This document shows positions 55,139 through 64,000 of a stretch of 64,000 nt of DNA, one piece after another. The DNA comes from a virus. Its lineage: Duplodnaviria > Heunggongvirae > Uroviricota > Caudoviricetes > Demerecviridae. Where the stretch lies: positions 6,367-70,366 of the IMG/VR virus record IMGVR_UViG_2974619995_000001, one strand, 5' to 3'. The notes beneath the pieces are model-generated. The model had not been told where the DNA came from and searched no databases. It saw only the letters and a list, made by a program, of their open reading frames with translations. A program made the position numbers and the translations under genes. Each line of letters starts with the position of its first letter. The stretch's first letter is position 1.

Positions 55139-55843
55139 ATGGCTGGTTCTCGCAGAAAGAAACATATCCATGAAATCCCGGATGAAGTCTTTAAAAAAGT
55201 TATAGAGCATCTGGAGAACGGTGGTACTAAGAAAGCAGCTTGTGAAATGCTCGGCGTATCATCCAATCCAACTATGGAAAGGATGATTGAAGAGTGGCAA
55301 GACCGCCAGATTCAAGTTGCCGAGATGAAGAAAAAGAAACGTGGTACACTCATTGAAGGTATTGAGTTGGCCAACGTTATTGAACAATATCTATCTGGCG
55401 ATTCTTTTGAAGAAATTGCCGATCGTAATTATCGCTCTGTAGCAATGGTTAAATCTGTTCTGGAGCGCTATGGTGCTCTGCTTCGTTTGAACGATATTGT
55501 AGATCCATTGAATCCACCAATTATTCCTGATGATGCTGTGGCAGAAGAATTTGAAGTTGGTGAGCTTGTTTGGGTTCCTGGATACCAGTGTATCGGTGAA
55601 ATCAAAAAAGCAATGGATAATCCTGTTGGTTGTTATCGAGTATGGCTTCTATCAGAAGCCAAACAACAGAACGTTCATTATATGAATTACGAGCTGGCTT
55701 CTGTAAAGCATTTGGAAAAGCTAGGAGTAGATGTAAAATCTCTGGGGTATAAATGGACTCGGGAAGAAGTCATTACGTTGATTAACGAAGCTGTTAAGGC
55801 CGCCTTGAAACTTGATAAAGAAAAAGGAAAACGCCGTGAGTAG
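55139..55843 (+). CDS. putative HTH DNA-binding early protein (234 aa)
   Basis: first gene downstream of the PN25-type promoter; N-terminal HTH-like KKAACEMLGVSSNPTMERMI. Confidence 0.6.
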   Translation: MAGSRRKKHIHEIPDEVFKKVIEHLENGGTKKAACEMLGVSSNPTMERMIEEWQDRQIQVAEMKKKKRGTLIEGIELANVIEQYLSGDSFEEIADRNYRSVAMVKSVLERYGALLRLNDIVDPLNPPIIPDDAVAEEFEVGELVWVPGYQCIGEIKKAMDNPVGCYRVWLLSEAKQQNVHYMNYELASVKHLEKLGVDVKSLGYKWTREEVITLINEAVKAALKLDKEKGKRRE

Positions 55844-56087
55844 ACTAACTGATTTACTTAAAGATGGGGAAGTAAAAACACTATATCGTAGAAGCTGGGA
55901 TAACGATAATAACGGCTTAGTGTTACTAACTTTAGATGCTGACTCGGATGTAGCTACTCAGCATACCTGGGTAGCCGGTAACTATCCATATAGCGAGGTT
56001 GTTTCATTAACAGTATGCGAAGCTATTGCAGACGATTGGGAGGTTGCCAGCATCGAGGATATGCTCGCTGTTGGCCTGGTGGAGTAA
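55836..56087 (+). CDS. hypothetical protein (83 aa, GTG start)
   Basis: RBS AAAGGAAAA. Confidence 0.4.
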   Translation: MSRLTDLLKDGEVKTLYRRSWDNDNNGLVLLTLDADSDVATQHTWVAGNYPYSEVVSLTVCEAIADDWEVASIEDMLAVGLVE

Positions 56088-56104
56088 CTACTTAAAAATT
56101 TCAG

Positions 56105-56133
56105 TTGCTTAATCCTACAATTCTTGATATAAT
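56105..56133 (+). promoter_or_regulatory. T5-type early promoter
   Basis: TTGCTT / 17 / TATAAT. Confidence 0.65.
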
Positions 56134-56190
56134 ATTCTCATAGTTTGAAAGAACTATTCTGTTTAATTATTAATTAAGGAAATATAAAAT

Positions 56191-56601
56191 ATGACTACTC
56201 CAACTCAGTGGACTGATGAACTGTTCGAAAAAATGTCTTCCGAATACGTTGCTCGTATGGAGCAATTCCCAGAGGATGAACGTCCGGGTGTTAGCATGGA
56301 AATTGTTAGCGAAATTGCCCAGGAAAATGGTGTAACTCCGAACGGTTTTCGTATGAAGCTGACTAAAGCAGGTTTGTATATTAAGAAAGCTGCTGGTTCT
56401 ACTTCTAAATCTAGCGCATCTGCAGGAGAAAAAGCTTCCGGTGGTTCTCGTACCTCTAAAGCTCAAGCCCATGCCGACCTTCGTTCAGCATTCTCTGATG
56501 CTGGCCTAGCACCAGATTTTCTGGATGATGCAATTATTGACAAACTGACCGGTAAAGCGGCTGCTCATCTGGCAGAAGCAATCCGAGCTATCACTAAGTA
56601 A
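56191..56601 (+). CDS. hypothetical protein (136 aa)
   Basis: ORF. Confidence 0.55.
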   Translation: MTTPTQWTDELFEKMSSEYVARMEQFPEDERPGVSMEIVSEIAQENGVTPNGFRMKLTKAGLYIKKAAGSTSKSSASAGEKASGGSRTSKAQAHADLRSAFSDAGLAPDFLDDAIIDKLTGKAAAHLAEAIRAITK

Positions 56602-56636
56602 TTTTAGATAAATCCACCAACAAAAGGAACACAGTT

Positions 56637-56933
56637 ATGACCAAAGCTGAAATTATCGCACAATGTGAAAAATTTGGTGAGTTTTATCTTCATTACGAGA
56701 AACTTCGTCAGAAAGGAACCACGTACCTTCAGGGTACGATGGAATTTGATCCAGCCCAGGATAAATATCTGGCTGAGCGTATTAAACGTGAACGTATTCG
56801 TAAAGCGAAAGATGATGAAATCCTTGTCTTCTCTCGTACTAATGATAGCTTCCGTTTTATTCCTGTCGAGAAAGTCCGTCGTGTGACTAGCCTCCAATCA
56901 GAGTTAGATCGTGCTTCTCCAGTAGGCCGATAA
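56637..56933 (+). CDS. hypothetical protein (98 aa)
   Basis: ORF. Confidence 0.5.
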   Translation: MTKAEIIAQCEKFGEFYLHYEKLRQKGTTYLQGTMEFDPAQDKYLAERIKRERIRKAKDDEILVFSRTNDSFRFIPVEKVRRVTSLQSELDRASPVGR

Positions 56934-56983
56934 GAAACCAATTAGCCCCTATATGGGGCTTTTTGTGTATTTGGGATATGTAA

Positions 56984-57292
56984 ATGAGCGAACAGGTAAA
57001 TCAAAACTATGAAGGACACGTTGATGACCAGTCCATCATACTTTGGGAGAAGGAGGGAGAACAAGTAAGATTAACAGTATCTGAATTTCGTGGGAATCTA
57101 TACATGGGTATTCGTTACTGGCTTCTTGATATTAATGATGAATGGTTTCCAACGAAATCTGGCTTCTCTTTTCCTTACACCATAGAAACAACATCACAGC
57201 TTTTCTACGCGTTTACACAGATTCTTAGTGAATCTGAGGTTTTACATGAAGTACAGAAACGAGCTGAAGAACTCAAAGCCAAGAATGCCTAG
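56984..57292 (+). CDS. hypothetical protein (102 aa)
   Basis: ORF. Confidence 0.5.
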   Translation: MSEQVNQNYEGHVDDQSIILWEKEGEQVRLTVSEFRGNLYMGIRYWLLDINDEWFPTKSGFSFPYTIETTSQLFYAFTQILSESEVLHEVQKRAEELKAKNA

Positions 57293-57319
57293 TTCTTGGC
57301 TTTTTCTTTATAAATGTAT

Positions 57320-57348
57320 TTGCTTTCAACTCAGTTTTGTTATATAAT
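57320..57348 (+). promoter_or_regulatory. T5-type early promoter
   Basis: TTGCTT / 17 / TATAAT + UTR ATAAATTGATGAGAG. Confidence 0.65.
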
Positions 57349-57379
57349 ATTTATATAAATTGATGAGAGATATAAATAA

Positions 57380-58351
57380 ATGACTAATGTAAAAGACTTT
57401 ATTAAACGTTGCCAAGAAGCGTATTACCAGGGAATGTCTTTAATCTCTGATGAAGAATATGACCGTCTGATTAAAAGATTTCCATTAGAAGAAGAGATCG
57501 GGCCTAAGGGTGATATTCCACATCTGTATCGTATGTATTCTTTACAGAAAGTTTATTATAATCGTGGAGATAAACCTCCGTTTAACCCATTAGGTCAGGT
57601 AGAAACTGACAAATTAGATGGTTGTGCGATTTCTCTATTATATATTAATGGCGAATTTGCTCAAGCACTAACTCGTGGTAATGGTATTCTAGGGAATGAT
57701 GTCACAAGCAACGTAAGACTGCTGAATATCCCTAAAAAGATTTCCCAAAAAGTACCAACTCAAATCACTGGTGAAGTTCTAATTACAAAAGAAGTAGAAA
57801 ATAAACGTAACTTTGCCTCTGGTGCTATTAACCTCAAAGATAGCGATGATTTCGTACAACGTATCGGGGAAGGTGGTTTAATCTTCGTTGCATACGGTAT
57901 CCAGTGTTCTGCTGAATCTGTAGGTATTACAGAAGCATATTTAAAAGATATGCTTTGGCTAGAGAATGAAGACTTCTTAACAGTTGTTAATGTGCGTTCC
58001 TTCTTTAAATGGATTCCGACGGACGGTAAAGTTGTTCGTATTAATGACAACAACAAATTCTTCCGAGAAGGCTGGACTAATAAATTCCCTCGCGGGGCGT
58101 TCGCTATTAAAGAGGATGAAGAAGGCGAGATTACAACTCTTACTAAAGTTGAATGGCAGGTAGGGGCTTCTGGTAAAGTAACTCCAGTTGGTTATTTCGA
58201 ACCGGTAATTATTGATGATGCTACAATTGTTAAAGCGACTCTTAATAACGTTGATTATATTAACTCTCTCGATCTAGAGATCGGTTGCCAGATTCGAGTG
58301 ATTCGTGCTGGTGGTGTAATCCCGTGTATAGTAGAGCGAGTATACGATTAA
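57380..58351 (+). CDS. NAD-dependent DNA ligase, N-terminal subunit (adenylation + OB) (323 aa)
   Basis: KxDG (ETDKLDGCA) and TRGNGILGNDVT motifs. Confidence 0.8.
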   Translation: MTNVKDFIKRCQEAYYQGMSLISDEEYDRLIKRFPLEEEIGPKGDIPHLYRMYSLQKVYYNRGDKPPFNPLGQVETDKLDGCAISLLYINGEFAQALTRGNGILGNDVTSNVRLLNIPKKISQKVPTQITGEVLITKEVENKRNFASGAINLKDSDDFVQRIGEGGLIFVAYGIQCSAESVGITEAYLKDMLWLENEDFLTVVNVRSFFKWIPTDGKVVRINDNNKFFREGWTNKFPRGAFAIKEDEEGEITTLTKVEWQVGASGKVTPVGYFEPVIIDDATIVKATLNNVDYINSLDLEIGCQIRVIRAGGVIPCIVERVYD

Positions 58352-58494
58352 TACATAACCCTTTGCTACCCATCTACCATATCGGAATTATAAAGTGGTT
58401 ATTGACATTTTCGCCGCTTAGGTATATACTATTATCATTCAGTTGAGGGATAGAAAGTTATGGCGAGGGTAAGCAAAGTTAGTTAAAATTGTAG

Positions 58495-58523
58495 TTGCTA
58501 AATGCTTAAATACTTGCTATAAT
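58495..58523 (+). promoter_or_regulatory. T5-type early promoter between the two ligase ORFs
   Basis: TTGCTA / 17 / TATAAT. Confidence 0.6.
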
Positions 58524-58553
58524 ATTTATATAAATTGATAAGGAAGAAATTTG

Positions 58554-59324
58554 ATGAAAATCGAAATTCCAACACAATGTCCCTCTTGTGGTTCTAAGCT
58601 AGATCTTGTCAACGGACAATTATTCTGTCGTAATAAGTCCAACTGTCCAGCGCAATCAAGCAAGTTAATTGAGAACTTCTGTTCAAAAATGAAGTTAAAG
58701 GGCTTTGGCCCAAAAACTATTGAGAAGCTGGAGCTGACGAAGATTTCAGAACTATTTTACCTAACCGAAGAAGATTTGGTTAGAGCCGTGGGTAGCAAGG
58801 TTGCCGCTAAGTTAATTAGCGAATTAAATACTAAAGTTCGCGGAGACATTGACTTTGGTTCAGTTCTCGGTTCTTTAGGAATCCCTCTAATTGGAGAGGT
58901 TGCAGCAAAGAAATTATCCCAAAATTGCACTAGCTTCCATGATGTGAAGGCTGACGGCAAGGCTGGAGAAAATTACAAAGCCTGGCTAAATTCCCCACAA
59001 GGCAAGGATGTTATTGAACTACCGTGGAAATTTTCAACTGGTGCTAAAGCTAAAACCGTCATTGCGGATGAATTAGTTGCCCAGCCAAATGGAATCGCGG
59101 TATGTATTACCGGATCTTTGCAAGATTTTGCAAATCGAACGGATGCAACAAACTACTTAGAAGGTCTAGGATATACGGTTAAGAAATCCGTTACCAAAGA
59201 CGTCAAATACCTAATCTGTGAGGATGAATCGAAGCGTTCTTCCTCTTCTTATAAGAAAGCCGAAACGAATGGGATAGAAATCCTGTCGATTAAAGAACTA
59301 TTGGAGAAAAATAATAATGTCTAA
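58554..59324 (+). CDS. NAD-dependent DNA ligase, C-terminal subunit (Zn-finger + HhH + BRCT) (256 aa)
   Basis: CPSCGSKLDLVNGQLFCRNKSNCPAQ Zn-finger; ATG at 58554 after RBS AGGAAG. Confidence 0.8.
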   Translation: MKIEIPTQCPSCGSKLDLVNGQLFCRNKSNCPAQSSKLIENFCSKMKLKGFGPKTIEKLELTKISELFYLTEEDLVRAVGSKVAAKLISELNTKVRGDIDFGSVLGSLGIPLIGEVAAKKLSQNCTSFHDVKADGKAGENYKAWLNSPQGKDVIELPWKFSTGAKAKTVIADELVAQPNGIAVCITGSLQDFANRTDATNYLEGLGYTVKKSVTKDVKYLICEDESKRSSSSYKKAETNGIEILSIKELLEKNNNV

Positions 59325-60084
59325 ACTGAACTGGAACGTAGAAGGTGTAACCGAGTCTCTGAAAGCAAAAGCCACTGCTCTGGGTGTTTCTGTAATCTCT
59401 CAAGAACAAGTAGCTGCTATCGCTGCTGAACTAGCTGCTGAAACTGGCAAAGATGTTACTGCTCGCTCTGTTGGCTCTAAACTGCGTAAAGAAGGTTTTG
59501 AAGTACAAAAAGCTAACGAAGTGCAGAAATCCCCGTGGACTCCTGAGCAGGAAGCTGAACTGGTTGATTTCCTGAACGCTCATGCTGGTCAGTATACCTA
59601 TGCTGAAATCGCTGCTGCTGTAGCTGGTGGTCAGTTCGGTGCTAAGCAGGTACAGGGTAAGATCCTGAGTCTGGAAATGACCGCTTCTGTTAAACCAACT
59701 GAAAAAGCTGCTGCTGTTCGTTCCTTTACTCCGGATGAAGAAACTGATTTTGTTAATCAGGTTGTTGCTGGTGCTACTATTGAAGCTATCGCTGCTCACT
59801 TCGGTCGTAATATCAAGCAGATCCGTGGTAAAGCTCTGAGCCTGCTTCGTGAAGGTCGTATCGCTGCTATGCCGGTACAGGAAACCTCAAGTGCTAAAAC
59901 TCGTGAAGATCTGTTAGAAGGTCTGGATCTGGTTAACATGACTGTTGCTGAGATCGCTGAGAAAACTGGTAAGTCTGAGCGCGGTGTTAAATCTATGCTA
60001 TCTCGTCGTGGTCTGGTTGCTAAGGACTATGATGGTGCCGCTAAGCGTGCTAAACTGGATGCAAAAGCTGCGGCTGCTGAATAA
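59317..60084 (+). CDS. abundant-type protein with three internal HTH-like repeats (255 aa)
   Basis: repeats AEIAAAV.GGQFGAKQVQGKILSL / IEAIAAHFGRNIKQIRGKALSL / VAEIAEKTGKSERGVKSMLSRRGL; markedly host-optimal codon usage; strong terminator follows. Confidence 0.6.
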   Translation: MSKLNWNVEGVTESLKAKATALGVSVISQEQVAAIAAELAAETGKDVTARSVGSKLRKEGFEVQKANEVQKSPWTPEQEAELVDFLNAHAGQYTYAEIAAAVAGGQFGAKQVQGKILSLEMTASVKPTEKAAAVRSFTPDEETDFVNQVVAGATIEAIAAHFGRNIKQIRGKALSLLREGRIAAMPVQETSSAKTREDLLEGLDLVNMTVAEIAEKTGKSERGVKSMLSRRGLVAKDYDGAAKRAKLDAKAAAAE

Positions 60085-60094
60085 TCTGGTAAAT

Positions 60095-60133
60095 TAAACC
60101 TAAGGGGAGGGGGCTATGCTCCTTCCCCTTTTT
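60095..60133 (+). terminator. rho-independent terminator (AAGGGGAGGGGG...CTCCTTCCCCTTTTTG)
   Basis: read directly. Confidence 0.7.
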
Positions 60134-60166
60134 GCATTTAGAAGGCACGAAAGCGTGCAAAGGAGA

Positions 60167-61639
60167 ATGACCTTGTTTAACGTGCAAGCTGTAGTGTTGA
60201 AGATGCTTCTAGCTTCTGAACAGAAGCAAATAGCATTGGAAACATTCTCAAAACTGCATAAAGATCATTTTAATGACGCTTTCTCCTCAATTTACCAAGC
60301 CGTCCAGAATTATTATAAAAAATATAACACAATGCCGTCCATTGACGCACTGATGCTTGAGGCTAATAGGAACGCCCGCCTTTCTCAAGCTCTAGTCGTT
60401 TTAGCTAACACTCAAATTCCAGAAGTTAGCATGGAACAGGCACTTGAAGTCCTAGAGGCCGAGTATACACAGGATTTATTCCTGAAGCTTCTAGAAACAG
60501 ACGTGCTTCAAGATTTAACAATGCTGGATCAGGGAGAAATTCTTAACCGAGTTGCCTCCCTTCACTTAAAATTAGAAGAGAAAGTAACGAATACTGGAAA
60601 AGTATTCAACGCAGATAACATGCGTATTTTCCAGAGAGAAGAAGATACCAAACTGAACTTAATCGCTCTTGGTATTTGTAATGAGTTCGACGCTCAAATT
60701 GGTTTAGCTCGCACAGAAACGTTACTGCTTGGTGGTTGGCGCGGTACTGGTAAATCCATTATCTGTTCAAACATACAGGTTCAGCAATATTTGAATGGAG
60801 ATATTGCTCCATACTTCTCAATTGAGATGAAAGAACATGAAGTATTTAGACGTAATCTAGCCATGTTAGCTGGTGTATCAGCACTAGCAATGCGTAATAA
60901 TACTCTAGAAGGTGCAGCTCTGTTGAGATTAGCCAGAACTAGAGCTAGAATGTTTAATGGTGGTGAAGAGCTTTTCGACAACTTCGTTAAACAGTACACA
61001 ATGGCTAAGATGAGTGATTTCTACGATATGGAGAGTAAGCTAATAGAGGGGTATGAACTACATACTCCTATGATTATTGTTTATGATCCTGAGCTGTCTA
61101 TTACAACAGTTGACGTAGAATTAAATAAATTAGTTGCTAGATATGGAGATAAAGTTACAGTAGCTTTACTGGACTATATTAACCAAACCCGACTTCCAGA
61201 CTCTAAAACCATTGATATGTATGACTGGAAAGAACAGATGGTTGTTAGCTCGTCTTTCAAATCTATCTGCCAGAAACATAACGTGGCTGGTGTAGCTCCT
61301 TACCAGATCGATCAAGATGGTAGAACACGTATGTCAAAAGGGATTCTTGATTCCGCTGACATGGCTGCTAATCTTAACGCTGCAAAAGCTGATAATGGTC
61401 AAGGTGCTATTATGTTTGACTTCGTTAAGACTCGTTCTTCTGATAGTGTGAAGTTTATGCCTAAAATGAACTGGGAAACCCTGCGGATGGATAACACTAC
61501 CAACCTAGCAATGGAAGATATATCTCAAATGGAAGCTGAGTTCGTTATCCCTATTGAAAAGGATAAGCCGGCTCAACCTAAACGTGCTAAGAAAGACAAA
61601 GCTGAAAATTCAACAGGTGAACAGGCCAGCGATATATGA
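60167..61639 (+). CDS. DnaB-like replicative helicase (490 aa); start trimmed to MTLFNV
   Basis: Walker A GGWRGTGKS in RecA-like core; RBS AAGGAGA. Confidence 0.75.
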   Translation: MTLFNVQAVVLKMLLASEQKQIALETFSKLHKDHFNDAFSSIYQAVQNYYKKYNTMPSIDALMLEANRNARLSQALVVLANTQIPEVSMEQALEVLEAEYTQDLFLKLLETDVLQDLTMLDQGEILNRVASLHLKLEEKVTNTGKVFNADNMRIFQREEDTKLNLIALGICNEFDAQIGLARTETLLLGGWRGTGKSIICSNIQVQQYLNGDIAPYFSIEMKEHEVFRRNLAMLAGVSALAMRNNTLEGAALLRLARTRARMFNGGEELFDNFVKQYTMAKMSDFYDMESKLIEGYELHTPMIIVYDPELSITTVDVELNKLVARYGDKVTVALLDYINQTRLPDSKTIDMYDWKEQMVVSSSFKSICQKHNVAGVAPYQIDQDGRTRMSKGILDSADMAANLNAAKADNGQGAIMFDFVKTRSSDSVKFMPKMNWETLRMDNTTNLAMEDISQMEAEFVIPIEKDKPAQPKRAKKDKAENSTGEQASDI

Positions 61640-62526
61640 GTAGAATAACAGAACTACTTGATCTGAAAGGCATTGAGTATAAAGACACAGGTGGGGACAT
61701 CCTCATCTGTTGTCTCAATCCAGATCATGACGATAAACACCCAAGTTTGCGTATTGATCCTGAAACAGGTATTATGCACTGCTTGAGTTGTGGCTTCGGT
61801 AAAGGTATACCGAGCATTTACCATTATTTTAATGAGACTCAGTACCGACAGTCCCCAAGGCTATCGCAGGTACGTAAAAAGATTTCAGAAATTAGGAATG
61901 GATCTACGAATCTTGCAATTCCTGAATCTGCTTACCTTTTCGAAGGTGATTTCCGAGGTATAAGTTCTAAGACCTTAAAGAAATATTTTGCTTTCCAACA
62001 CCAAGCAGACTGGGAAGGCAGAATTGTATTCCCAATCACAGATGCTGTTGGACGCAATATCCTATTTTTGGGTCGTTCTATAAACAGTTCTGCCCCTCCT
62101 AAATACTTAGTAAAACCAAAACAAGTTTCACCACCGATTTTCCCTGTACGATATAATACTCCAGTTCTTATTCTAGTTGAAGGTATCTTTGATATGCTGA
62201 ACCTAGAGGATAATGGTATAGACTATGTTTCTTGCTGCTTTGGTACACATCAGTTTACTTCGGATAACATTGCAGATAAGTTCAGTCCTTATATTATTGC
62301 TGGTGTAAAAGTTGTTGTTATCTTACTAGATAATGATGCTTCTGGTAATAAAGCTGCACAAGCGTTGGCCAAGCTAATTCGTACAAAAACGCGTTTAACG
62401 CCTGTAGTGGCTAACTTCCTCCTGCCTGAAGGTAAAGATCCAGGTGATTTAAACAAAGATGAAATTGATATGTTAGCAAAACGTATTGAAATTTTAGTTG
62501 CTGAATCGCTTAAAGATTTGGTATAA
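61636..62526 (+). CDS. DnaG-type DNA primase (Zn-finger + Toprim) (296 aa)
   Basis: CHC2 finger CCLNPDHDDKHPSLRID...HCLSCG; Toprim EG...DND. Confidence 0.85.
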   Translation: MSRITELLDLKGIEYKDTGGDILICCLNPDHDDKHPSLRIDPETGIMHCLSCGFGKGIPSIYHYFNETQYRQSPRLSQVRKKISEIRNGSTNLAIPESAYLFEGDFRGISSKTLKKYFAFQHQADWEGRIVFPITDAVGRNILFLGRSINSSAPPKYLVKPKQVSPPIFPVRYNTPVLILVEGIFDMLNLEDNGIDYVSCCFGTHQFTSDNIADKFSPYIIAGVKVVVILLDNDASGNKAAQALAKLIRTKTRLTPVVANFLLPEGKDPGDLNKDEIDMLAKRIEILVAESLKDLV

Positions 62527-62589
62527 TATATTGGTAAGTTAGAGAAGAAACACTGAAGTTATACTTACTTACCAAGAGGAGATTAAATT

Positions 62590-64000
62590 TGAAAATCGCA
62601 GTAGTTGATAAAGCTCTAAATAACACTCGTTACGATAAACATTTCCAGCTATACGGAGAGGAAGTTGATGTATTCCATATGTGTAACGAGAAGTTATCCG
62701 GTCGTTTGCTCAAAAAGCATATTACTATCGGGACTCCGGAAAACCCATTTGACCCGAATGATTATAATTTTGTTATACTGGTAGGTGCCGAACCTTTCCT
62801 GTACTTTGCAGGTAAGAAAGGTATTGGTGATTATACCGGTAAACGTGTAGAGTATAATGGGTATGCTAACTGGATTGCGAGTATCAGCCCAGCCCAGTTA
62901 CACTTTAAACCTGAAATGAAACCAGTTTTCGATGCAACAGTAGAGAATATCCATGATATTATCAATGGTCGTGAGAAGACTGCAAAAGCTGGTGATTACC
63001 TTCCTATTACTGACCCTGATGAGGCAGAAGAATATATCAAGATGGTGTATAATATGGTTATCGGACCTGTCGCATTCGACTCCGAAACCTCAGCACTATA
63101 CTGTCGAGATGGGTATCTGCTTGGTGTTTCTATATCTCACCAAGAGTATCAGGGTGTATATATCGATTCTGATTGTCTCACAGAGGTTGCAGTATATTAT
63201 CTCCAGAAAATTCTGGATAGTGAAAACCACACTATTGTTTTTCACAACTTGAAGTTTGATATGCACTTTTATAAGTACCATCTGGGACTTACTTTTGATA
63301 AAGCACATAAAGAACGCAGGCTCCATGATACAATGTTGCAGCACTATGTTCTAGATGAGCGTCGTGGTACTCATGGCTTGAAATCTCTAGCAATGAAGTA
63401 TACCGATATGGGTGACTATGACTTTGAACTAGATAAGTTCAAGGAGGATTACTGCAAAGCACATAAAATCAAGAAAGAAGATTTCACCTATGATTTAATT
63501 CCGTTTGATATTATGTGGCCTTACGCTGCGAAAGATACCGATGCCACCCTACGTTTGCACAATTTCTTCTTACCAAAAATTGAGAAGAATGAAAAACTTT
63601 GCAGTCTGTATTATGATGTTCTAATGCCTGGTTGTGTATTTCTCCAGCGTGTTGAGGATCGTGGTGTACCAATTTCTATTGATCGCTTGAAAGAAGCTCA
63701 ATATCAGTTAACTCATAATCTGAATAAAGCCCGTGAGAAGCTGTATACTTATCCAGAAGTCGTTCAGCTAGAGAAAGATCAGAACGAAGCATTTAACCCA
63801 AACTCTGTTAAGCAGCTACGTGTTCTTCTGTTTGATTATGTTGGCTTAACTCCAACAGGTAAATTGACGGATACTGGAGCAGACTCTACAGATGCAGAAG
63901 CTCTGAACGAATTGTCTACACAGCATCCAATTGCTAAGACTTTGCTGGAGATTCGTAAGCTGACTAAGCTGATCTCTACTTACGTTGAGAAGATTCTTCT
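62590..64000 (+). CDS. DNA polymerase (family A, with 3'-5' exonuclease), 5' partial, TTG start
   Basis: open frame to window end; Exo I VAFDSETSAL, Exo III YAAKDTDAT; RBS GAGGAG. Confidence 0.85.

Noticed and set aside
62953-63344. ORFs 62953..63252(+) and 63096..63344(-) inside the DNA polymerase region
   Set aside because: The polymerase frame from 62590 is open to the window end and carries Exo motifs; these are alternative-frame artefacts.

Overview
This window looks like a T5-like (Tequintavirus-type) lytic coliphage genome segment. Bases 1-2650 carry a plus-strand block of small pre-early-type genes. Bases 2650-4420 are a non-coding region of roughly 1.8 kb with DnaA boxes, a family of large palindromes and a 14-bp direct-repeat array, matching the T5 injection-stop / end-of-terminal-repeat region. 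Bases 4420-45300 form a long minus-strand early block. It contains two phosphoesterases, a thioredoxin-like gene, an HNH endonuclease, holin and endolysin, a ClpP-like protease, dNMP kinase, a spanin-like overlapped gene pair and a GrcA-like glycyl-radical cofactor. A cluster of 24 tRNAs (plus about 5 degenerate tRNA-like elements) is interleaved with three T5orf172/GIY-YIG-like ORFs. The block continues with an SPFH (band-7 family) protein, a cell-wall hydrolase, RNase H, thymidylate synthase, dihydrofolate reductase, nrdB, nrdA and PhoH. Bases 45600-64000 form a plus-strand block with nrdD, a Sir2-like/HAD operon, a fusion of an archaeo-eukaryotic-type primase (AEP) with a helicase, the PN25-type promoter, a split NAD-dependent ligase, a DnaB-like helicase, a DnaG primase and the 5' part of a Pol-A DNA polymerase. 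More than 25 copies of one conserved early promoter plus 5'-UTR module are spread across both strands. Every call is made by eye from the sequence; none was checked against a database.
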